DNA of 64,000 bases from the NCBI GenBank assembly GCA_951406725.2, contig OX597816.1, forward strand, positions 162,626,001 to 162,690,000. Direction: 5' to 3'. Positions 53,734 to 64,000 of the stretch are shown one piece after another (position 1 is the first letter of the stretch; each line of letters starts with the position of its first letter). A program made the position numbers and the translations under genes. This DNA is from Octopus vulgaris. Its lineage: Eukaryota. The notes under the pieces were generated by a model that worked only from the letters and a program-made list of their open reading frames with translations, was not told the DNA's origin and searched no databases.

Positions 53734-55214
53734 GCTATATGCGTCCCGATGCGTCCCGATGGTCCCCATGCGTCCTATATGCGTCCCCATGCGTCCCGAT
53801 GGTCAGGCAATCAATTTGCTGTCAACACCCGTTAAAAGGAGGGCTGGGCATGCCGTGGTTGATGATGCGCAGGCACGCGCTGAGACTGCGACATCTCTGG
53901 CTCTATGTAGACGACGGTGAACAGGTGTGGTCGCCGTTTGTGAGGCACGCTTTCCCGCAGCTCGTCTCCATGACCGAACTGCAGTCGTGGATCAAAAAGA
54001 GGCCGAGGAAGGGGCGATTGGCACCGCGAGTGTCGCGTTGCTCTCAAGCAACTCTGCCGTCCCGGGTCGACCTTGAGTGACTTCAACACAACCAAAGCAT
54101 TCTATAGGGGATTAGTGGAGGGGAGGTACGACGACGAGCTCGGGGCGAACTTGGACGTCGACGAGGAGTACCTGACCCGCCTGTTCAGGACGACTTTCGG
54201 GCCAGGGCCCATGGACAACTTCCAGAGATCCCTGGCCTGTCAGTGCTACCGAGAAGCGCTACCCGTTCGGCATAAGCTCTACAGACACGGCTCGAGAAAC
54301 ACGGGGCCGACCTGCCCGAGATGCGGTCAGAGCGACGAAACCGTTCTGCACGCACTCGTGCAGTGTCCAACAATTTCCGACCTGTGGGCTTATGTCGAAC
54401 AACTGCTGTCACGTGTGGGACGAGTCGGTTTATCAGCTGAGTCTATCGTCAATATTGTCACGCCTCCTTCCTTCAAACGGGAAGGAAGAGCTATTTTCAT
54501 CATCCTTGTGGCTATGGCGAAAGAATGTATCCGGTGGACGCGTCTGAAAGGATTGGAGACAAACACTTTCCTCTCTGGTCAATCTCTCATCAACTTCTTC
54601 AAGTACCACTTGAAAAGGAAAGTGAGAGTAGAGAGGCAAGTTTTGTCTAGCGAATGTTTTAAAAAAAGATGGGTGAATGTAGCAAGGATGGCACGTATGA
54701 ATGACGAAGCCACCTTGAGCATAATCCTATGAACCCAGAAATTGAAAACAGAGGGTTACCCACTTGCAAACAAATATGGTAACAAATAACAATATTGACC
54801 AAGATTACCGTGGTCTTTTTCGTAGGCTTTTCTTCCCACGGATAAACCTTACTTGCTTTCCCCTTTACACCATATATCATAACACTGTGATACACGATCC
54901 CTATTGATCGGTTTTTTTTCCTCTTCCCCCCTTTTTTCCCCTTTTTTCTTCTTTTTTCATTTCTCTTTCCTTTTGTTCCTTTTCCTTTTCTTTTTTTTCT
55001 TTTTATTCCTTTTATTTTATTCAAATTTTTTTTTTGTTCTTTTTTTTGTTCTTTTCTCCCCTTTTTCTCCCCTTTTCTCCCTCTTGATCGAAAACCTACG
55101 CCACCCCTTTTTATTTTTTCTTTTGTTTTTTGTTCTCTTCATCCCCCAAAAGAAAAGCTCTACCTTGTAACTTGTCCCATCTGTGTGCAGCCCTGTGTGG
55201 CCAATAAAGAAACT
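53734..55214 (+). mobile_element. 5'-truncated Tx1/L1-like LINE (ORF2 C-terminus, 3' UTR) with 17-bp TSD
   Basis: PLKGGLGMP, zinc-finger-like CPRCGQSDETVLHALVQC, stop at 54732, T-rich 3' UTR, AATAAA at 55203; TSD TATCTATTT(A/G)TCTATAT at 53717-53733 / 55215-55231. Confidence 0.92.
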
Positions 55215-55524
55215 TATCTATTTGTCTATATATAATATGAGGGGTTTAGTTCACTGGTGATCTTAAACGAATAGGTACGCTATGTAAGTGCTATATGTGG
55301 TCGTCCGTTAGGTTCTAAGTTCACAGCTGAGGCTATAACGGAACCTTAATACGGACCCCTAGATCCGTATCATATAATATATTAGAGGCATATATTATAT
55401 TAGAGAGAAAAGCAAAACCAAGGCACAGCGACTATCTCAAGTCGTTTATAATAATTTAATTAGGGTAAATTTGAAGTCTTACAGCCGTTCCTTGGGTTAA
55501 CCCAAGTGGTAGATTAATATGTTC

Positions 55525-55640
55525 ACGAACCGGTAAGTTACGGGGACGTGAACACACCAACATCGGTTGTTAAGCGACGGTGGTGGGGGGAACAAACACA
55601 GACACACAAATATACACATACACACACACATATTCACACA

Positions 55641-55682
<42 letters not shown>

Positions 55683-55830
55683 ACGGGCTTCTTTCAGTTT
55701 CTGTCTAACAAATCCACTCACAAGGCTTTGGTCAACCCGTGGCTATAGTACAAGACACTTGCCCAAGGTGCCATGCAGTGGGACTGAACCGGGAACCATA
55801 TGGTTGGTAAGCAAGATACTTACCACACTG
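55525..55830 (-). mobile_element. SINE family A (3'-truncated)
   Basis: Reverse-complement match to family A. Confidence 0.85.
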
Positions 55831-56489
55831 CCTACCATTATTGTTTACAACAGCATTGATGGTGGGTGGCGATGGCGGTGGCGGTAATGTGATTTCAATT
55901 ATGAAACAAGTGGTAATATTGATGTTGCTAGCGTTATTGTTGTTGCTGCTGCTGCTGGCGTTGGAGGTGGTGGTGATGGTTGTGAGAGTGGCGTCGGTGC
56001 TGCTTTTTTTTGGAGGGGGGGTGTTCTGGTTGATGGTAGTGGCAGTGGTGGGAGTGACGGTGGTGATATTGTTCTTGTTAATGACATTGTTCTTGTTAAT
56101 GAAAGCCTTGCAGTAGCTATCGTTGTTTGTTGGTTGTTGTTTGGCAATACTATTCCAGACTGTGTTGGTGGCGGCGATGTTCATTCTAATAGGTATCAAC
56201 CTCTTCCTATTGATATATTACAGAATCATTATTGTTGTTGTTTTTGTTGGTATTGTAATTGGTTGTTGTTGTAGTTTGAATTTCTCTCGGCAATTAGTCA
56301 GTCTTACCTCCACTAATTAGACACGGGACGCCTTCATTGCTAAATGCCATAACATCTATTATACATACACCCATACACATGTACGTACATACATACATAT
56401 GTGTGTGTATACAAGCGTATATATATATACACACATATATTTATATATATGTGCCTGTGTGTCTATATATTGATATATATAAATATATA

Positions 56490-56527
<38 letters not shown>

Positions 56528-56817
56528 TTTATGTATATCTATATATGCATTGATAAATTTATATATGTGCATTTGTGTGTTTGTGTATGTATGCATACAT
56601 ATGTATATGTAAGCATTTGTATATACAAAACATACATACCTGCGTGTGTATTTTATATACATATCTTCATGCTTATTGTCATTTGTCTATATATGCATGT
56701 GTATGTTTGTGTGTGTGGGTGTATGTATATGTATATATGTATATGTATGTATGCATGTATATATATACATGCACACATACATATATATACATACAGGTAT
56801 ACATACATACATATATA

Positions 56818-56860
<43 letters not shown>

Positions 56861-57055
56861 AGAGAGAATTCACAAAAAAAAGCAAAAGACGAAGACGGTG
56901 TAGACAAGAAACAGATGTATTAGTTTAACGCTCGGGAAGTGAAAAAGTCTTTAACGTTTCAAGCATACACTCTTAAACAGAAAGGAACACAGAAAGAAAG
57001 AGGGAGAGAAAATAAAGAATGTGTAGTGGCTAGCGATCTATCATGGCGATACATG

Positions 57056-57089
<34 letters not shown>

Positions 57090-57094
57090 TATAC

Positions 57095-57127
<33 letters not shown>

Positions 57128-57159
57128 CATGCATACATACACACACGCACACACACACG

Positions 57160-57211
<52 letters not shown>

Positions 57212-57311
57212 CATGCACACAACAACATAGAAGTACTTGTTTGACTATATAGATCACTTGATGCATTCGTTATTCCATGTACAATTGGGTATGCGTATCT
57301 GTATGTATGTA

Positions 57312-57373
<62 letters not shown>

Positions 57374-57529
57374 CATACATACATTAACCACTGACCTCGC
57401 AAAACACCTGCTTCCATTCTCCATCACTCAAGGCTATCTCTATGCTTGAATGATTTCATCCAAGACTGGTGAATTCCAAATGAAAAATAAGTTTATTAAA
57501 CTAAGTGGAATTTTGGAAGAAAGTGCTAA

Positions 57530-57673
57530 TCGATTCCGTCGACTCCAGTGTTCAGAGAAAGGATGAAAAGCAAAGTCGACCTCGGCGGAATTTGAAAGCA
57601 GAACGAGCAGACAGACGAAATACCGCTAAGCATTTTGCCCGGCATGCTAACGATTCTGCCATCTCTCTGCCTT
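57530..57673 (-). mobile_element. SINE family B fragment
   Basis: AAGTCGACCTCGGCGGAATTTGAA..GAAATACCGCTAAGCATTTTGCCCGGC. Confidence 0.8.
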
Positions 57674-58805
57674 AAGGTGATACGTAATTATTAACACATA
57701 ATCTTATGAAGACACAATTTGGCAAGACTTGACAAGGACATTTAGCTATATGATAAAATGTTAGGATAGTCTCTAACAGCTGTTTCTAGAATATTCCAGC
57801 TATTGGAACATCATGTCGAGTGAGGATTCCATAGGCCGTGTGCAGGGTCTATGTATTTATGTACATGATTGTTTGTTAATGTTTGATTTTGTATGTGTGT
57901 GTTTATACATGTGATTATATGTGTTTATATATCTATCTACTTGTGTTTATATTTGTATCTACATGTATTCCCAGAGAGAGATAGGTAAAATATATGTAAC
58001 AATGGTAGAATATTCCTCATCAATGATATCACCGTGGTTCATCTTGTCTAGAAAGTGGGGAGAAATCAAATGAAAAATCGAATTAAATTCGATATTCATC
58101 AGCTAAATCCATATACAAATGAAGAAAATTGGTAATGTCTATGAGTAGAACCAAAACAGAAAATGGTTTGACAGTAATCCATGGCGAGGGAAAATGAATG
58201 GCAGCAGTTCCAATGTTGGATAAGAGCGCATACTTATTGGTTTCATTCAGTATAATTTTTGAAGTGTAAAGGTAATTTTTCTAAAAAAACATAATCCCTT
58301 AAAAACGTTATGTAAATAAGGATGTTACGAACCGTTATTGGGAGGAAGGATTTTTCTAGTGCGTGAACGCTTTCGTTAAACCTTTTCAAACACACGTGCT
58401 CTTAAAGAAGTTACTAGTTTGTGGTAGTGGTAGTATTATTTCCAGTGTATTTTCGGACTTTTGGTTTTGGTTATAAATATTCTTTTACCATTGTTTATTA
58501 TATGTGTGTGTGCTTTGTAGTTAGACATGGCCTGGGTCAGTTTTTGGCCGAAGCAGGTCTGAGTTACTTAAGTTATCGAAGTTATACTCAGCTGTAAACG
58601 GACAAACTTGCAACGGACGAGCTTTTCGATGAAGGAGAATGTTGCCCTGCTCAGCCAGCAAGCGCAGTGGCGTCATTCGCAAGGTAAAACTATGCAAAGT
58701 ACATTATGGCCAGCGATGTATAACAACATCCGATAGTTAGCACGATACCGTTATATATCTTATATAATTTATACTTTCCTTAGCTTTGCTAATGATAATT
58801 ACTCG

Positions 58806-58855
<50 letters not shown>

Positions 58856-59068
58856 TATGGGAGTAATTACGGTGTGCTTTGGTGCTACAAGTCATTGCGC
58901 TTGTAGTTAAAAGATTTATTGTCGGAACTGGAAGATTTTCTATTCAGACCCCCAACTCCCACGTGCGTATGTGTTTATGTATCTATGTATATATATAAAC
59001 ATGTATATACACAAAATATACGTACATATTTACACACGATATGTGCAAGTATATCTTTATATATATTA

Positions 59069-59128
<60 letters not shown>

Positions 59129-59821
59129 AATACATATATATAGATAGACAGATAGAGAGATACAGATATATATATATATATACATACATGCATATATTAC
59201 ATATACGCATATATATGTATATATATATATGTAAGTATCTATGTATGTATATATATATATATACACATATATTTAGATATATATACATATATATATAGCG
59301 AGAGAGAGATAAATAAATACAAACATTCGTACATGTGTATGCATTTATGTATGCATGTGTGTTTTCTCCATGTTTCTATATGAGCATAGCCCATAAATAT
59401 TTGCATCCGTGCGCGCGCGTGTGTGAGTGCGTGTCAGTGACAGCGTTCATAAAATTGGCGCCTCCATATTGTACAAGCAATACTGCAATATTGACAGTCG
59501 CCATATTAAAATACCATAAAATTAAAAACAAAACTGTATACAGTAAAACAGGGGGCAATGGGAGGACGAAATATTATGGTAACAATTAATCGATTCTTAG
59601 AAATTGCACACTGTCCACCTTGTTGACGTTTTTTGTCCACATTTCTTTGCTGTCTCACTAATTAACCAATTATCACATTAAAAGGGTTCCTTTTATGGAC
59701 AGAAAATAAAAACAAAATACGGCAATGTCGAACAATCAAATAAGCAAATACAACTCATTGTATCCTACGTTGAATATTTTGTGTATTCTCCCACTGACAC
59801 ATATGTATGTATGTATGTAAG

Positions 59822-59905
<84 letters not shown>

Positions 59906-59993
59906 TACACATTTCTATCTCTATCACTCTCTCTCTCTCTCTATTATATATATATATATATATATATACATAAATATACGCATACAGATACAT

Positions 59994-60034
<41 letters not shown>

Positions 60035-60157
60035 CAGATGCATACATGCATATATATAAACACATCTGCATATATACATGTGTGTATACGTATATATATA
60101 TATGTGTGTGTGTGTTTGTGTGTATATGAGAGTGTATATATGTGTGTATGCATATAT

Positions 60158-60206
<49 letters not shown>

Positions 60207-60523
60207 AAACTGTTAAGGTTGTAATGTTTGTGAATGCATAAGTATATTTTTGTACTTTATTACTTAATACAGGAGGCTCCAATTAATGGCTACATTTATT
60301 TTGGGGGATAATTGTAAGTGATACATTTGTACAAATATATTGAGCGTACGTATATATATATATATACTGGTGCATATAAATTGTGTATGTGTGTATGCGT
60401 GTGAGTATATTTGTGCGTGTGACTTCATGTGTACACACACATACACACACGCACAGAGTTATACATGCAGACACGAGCGCATACAATAATAATAATAATG
60501 ATGATGATAATAATAGTAATAAC

Positions 60524-60593
<70 letters not shown>

Positions 60594-60967
60594 TGTTTGT
60601 TTCTACTTCTTGCATTGAGAAGAACAGTAATATGTAATTTATTTAATTCAACGAAATTAATTTAATTATAATACCATGAATTTACATATTAATATCGAGG
60701 TTTGAAACGATCGTATGTATGTATTAAAATTCTTTCAAATTTCAACATCTGTTCTCCATTTTTAACAAATTTTTGAGTTCTATGGGATTCCTTTCCATAA
60801 CATTCTCATAACATACCATGTATAAGTAATACTTTCATATTCGCAAAAACTTAAGCCAATAAGCTACTAGCAAAATATGAATAATCTTTGTTAGAAATCG
60901 CCTTTTTGGAACCCTCCAAAGGAAAGGATGAAATATAATTCAGTCTTTTCACATATATATATATATA

Positions 60968-61366
60968 TTTTATTTAGTTTCAGCTCACAAGCTGTGGCCA
61001 TGCTGGGGCACCGCCATTTGGTGTTGCTACATGATTTTACTTCACGAATGCTTTTTAGTAAATGCCATCTGGTGCATGAGAGAGTTCGATGCAGCTGCCC
61101 TCATCTGCACCTCCTGCCGTGAAGTTGGTTCATCTGGGACACCTGAAAAGAAGAGATCCAGTTTCATTTTAAAGACATCTGCATCCACCCCATGCAGGTC
61201 TCTTAGGTTCTTCGGGAGGATATTGAAGAGTTGTGGGCCTCGGAAGCCCAGGCTATCACAGTATCTTGTCCTACATCTTGATGGCAAATTTGGAGTCCTT
61301 GGCACTATGCAGTGGCGCCCAGTTCTGGCATTTGCGTAACTCTCGATGCCAAAGTTTGGGACAAGT

Positions 61367-61370
<4 letters not shown>
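60968..61370 (-). mobile_element. CR1-like LINE 3' end
   Basis: CDSLGFRGPQLFNILPKNLRDL..FKMKLDLFFSGVPDEP..AAASNSL; 3' UTR ends GGCGGTGCCCCAGCATGGCCACAGCTTGTGAGCTGAAACT. Confidence 0.88.
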
Positions 61371-61419
<49 letters not shown>

Positions 61420-61426
61420 AAAAGCC

Positions 61427-61464
<38 letters not shown>

Positions 61465-61469
61465 CTCCA

Positions 61470-61795
61470 GGGTACTCATGTGGTTAGAACGCCGAGCTTA
61501 AGATCGTGAGGTTGTGAGCTCGAATCCCGGACCGGTCTGCGTGTTGTGTTCTTGAGCAAGGCACTTTATTTCACGTTGCTCCAGTTCACTCAGCTGTAGA
61601 AATTAGTTGCGACGTCACAGGTGCCAAACTGTATCGGCCTTGCCTTTTCCTTGGATAACAATGGTGGATTGGAGAGAGGAGGCCTGTATGTATGGGTGAC
61701 TGTTGGTCTTCCATAAACCTTGACCGGACTTGTGCCTGGGAGGGTAACTTAATAGGTGCAATCCCATGATCAGTGTCGTGACCGAAGGGGGTCTC
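61470..61795 (+). mobile_element. tRNA-derived SINE (head and core shared with 27486-27810, different tail)
   Basis: GTGGTTAGAACG..CTCGAATCCCGG..TTCTTGAGCAAGGCACTTTATTTCACGTTGCTCCAG. Confidence 0.8.
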
Positions 61796-61826
61796 AGAAA
61801 CTTGAGAAGTATATATACTTATCTAA

Positions 61827-61951
<125 letters not shown>

Positions 61952-63304
61952 CGTTGCTGTTATTTTAAAATGTCGTATGTCCAAAGTTGACTAAATGAAT
62001 TTTTGTTTTCAATATTTATTTTTGCTTGCAATAGCTGGTTCTTATGGTCAAACTCTCGTATATACAGATGCTTCAGATGCCAAGGTATCAAAAATTGTCA
62101 AAGTGTAGTACAACTGTTTAACATTTTACAATAGTGTAGCGAGTCCCACATACGACAGTTTTTCAAAAATATTTCTGACTGAAAATATCATACATGCATG
62201 GAGTTACGATTTTATGCACCCAGCAAAGTATTATCGTTAAGATGAAACTGTTGCTAATGTAGAAAAAATTGAATAGTGAAGCTATTTTTACGTTTTCTGA
62301 AAAGGCCACCTTTTGGACTTACGATACTTTTGCATAATAGCTACGATATATATATATTGCTTCTTTTCAGTCATTGGACAGCAGCTATGTTTAAGACCCG
62401 CTTTGAAGAGTTTAGTCGAACAAGTCGTCCCAATACCAGTTTTTTTTAAAATCAACTGTTTATCATATCGGTCGTCTTCGCCGGACCGCTACGTTGTGGT
62501 GACGTAAACAACTGAAATGGTGAGGTAATGGATACACAAATACAAGCATGCACATACATATACATAGATATACACATATGTGTGGTATATATATATATAT
62601 ATATATATATATACGGGTTGGTCCAAAAGTAGGTTTACAGTTATTCAACAATCTGTTTCACATTCCTATATTAAGCTGTTTAGGCTGTAGAAGAAGACAC
62701 TTCCTCAAGTTTCCACGCAGTGGCACTGAACGCGAAACCATGTGGTTGGGAAGCAAACTTCTTATCACAGAGCCACGCCTAAGCCTGGCAGCTATCTCTA
62801 GCAAACCGTTCAACCACATATACGTTTCCTCATTGGCTCTTAAAATCTCCCAAGTTTATTGAAATGGTAATATCGTAGACGGCAACATCCTACAATAGAT
62901 AAATAGATTTGCCATTTTCGAGTGCAACTAATTCTTTCGACCAGCGTAGAATCCTGTAGACTTTAGATATGGGAATAGTCCAGACGACATTGGTCTTTCA
63001 TTCCGAAGCCGCTTTACCATTTTCGGATGCAACAGATTGTTCCAAACGATAACAGAGTCTGAAGAGATATTAATCGCGAGACTGATTAATAATTCATAAC
63101 AGATGATGAATGATATTTCATACTACAATATACCTAGATATTAGACAGAGTTATGCGTACATATACTCACATACATATCAACACATATACACAACATACA
63201 CACACACACATACACATACATGCATGCATACTTGCGTACACACACACACACATATACATACATATATTTCCAGTATTCCCAAACACATTCTAAAGATAAA
63301 AATT

Positions 63305-63341
<37 letters not shown>

Positions 63342-63423
63342 TACGCATGCGCACACGAACACGCATACACAGACGTACGAACGCACACACATATATACAT
63401 GCAAATATTATACATATATATAT

Positions 63424-63775
63424 AGGCGCAGGAGTGGCTGTGTGGTAAGTAGCTTGATACCAACCACATGGCTCCGAGTTCAGTTCACTGCGTGGCACCT
63501 TGGGCAAGTATCTTCTACTATAGCCTCGAGCAAACCAAAGCCTTGTGAGTGGATTTGGTAGACGGAAACTGAAAGAAGCCTGACGTTTATGTGTGTATGT
63601 TTGTCCCCCCAACATCGCTTGACAACCGATGCTGATGTGTATTATTGTGGCGGAAGCTTTGTTTATTAAATTTTGAATTTGAATAAGTTCTAGGGTCGAT
63701 TTGTTCCACTAAAGGCGGTGCTCCAGCATGGCTGCAGTTAAATTACTGAAACACAGGTATAAAAGAATAAAAGAA
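63424..63775 (+). mobile_element. SINE family A
   Basis: Head GGCGCAGGAGTGGCTGTGTGG; tail GGCGGTGCTCCAGCATGGCTGCAG..ACTGAAAC. Confidence 0.9.
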
Positions 63776-64000
63776 TATATATATATATTATATTCATATG
63801 AGTGTATATATACATATATATATATATAAATAAATTGAGATAGGGTTTGTAAATGCAACCCTCCATGTAATCTATACTTATATTTTTATTTACTTATATT
63901 TATATTTATATTTACTTATATTTATATTTATATTCTCTTTTATATATATTCTACTTATTATACAACATTACTCTTTTATGTACACTTTTTTATGTACATT

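Noticed and set aside
56948-56985. Minimal hammerhead on the minus strand
   Set aside because: Core and helix II too mutated; at most a dead relative of 31071-31104.

Overview
AT-rich, microsatellite-saturated animal DNA, by inference cephalopod (octopus-like SINE families and (TA)n/(TATG)n/(TAA)n load). I find no host protein-coding exon I can support; nearly all ORF-track entries are microsatellite or SINE read-through. The window is a retroelement graveyard: (i) non-LTR retrotransposon remnants of three clades (Tx1/L1-like ORF1 and ORF2 3' ends, R4/Dong-like RT and restriction-like endonuclease, CR1/L2-like RT and 3' ends); (ii) Penelope-like termini in (TA)n tracts with fold-back structure and type I hammerhead ribozymes, several with a very long helix II; (iii) many tRNA-derived SINEs (my labels: family A, family B, others); (iv) a 14-copy ~97-bp structured satellite. 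The most interesting signals: family B SINEs form head-to-tail arrays whose internal units carry a Tx1-LINE-like 3' tail joined at recurrent sites (mostly GGTATT) inside the SINE itself, suggesting a self-targeting SINE; family A SINEs share a covarying 3' stem-loop with the CR1-like LINE; and a Tx1-like copy sits in (TATC)n with a 17-bp target-site duplication. All alignments were made by eye and boundaries are approximate.
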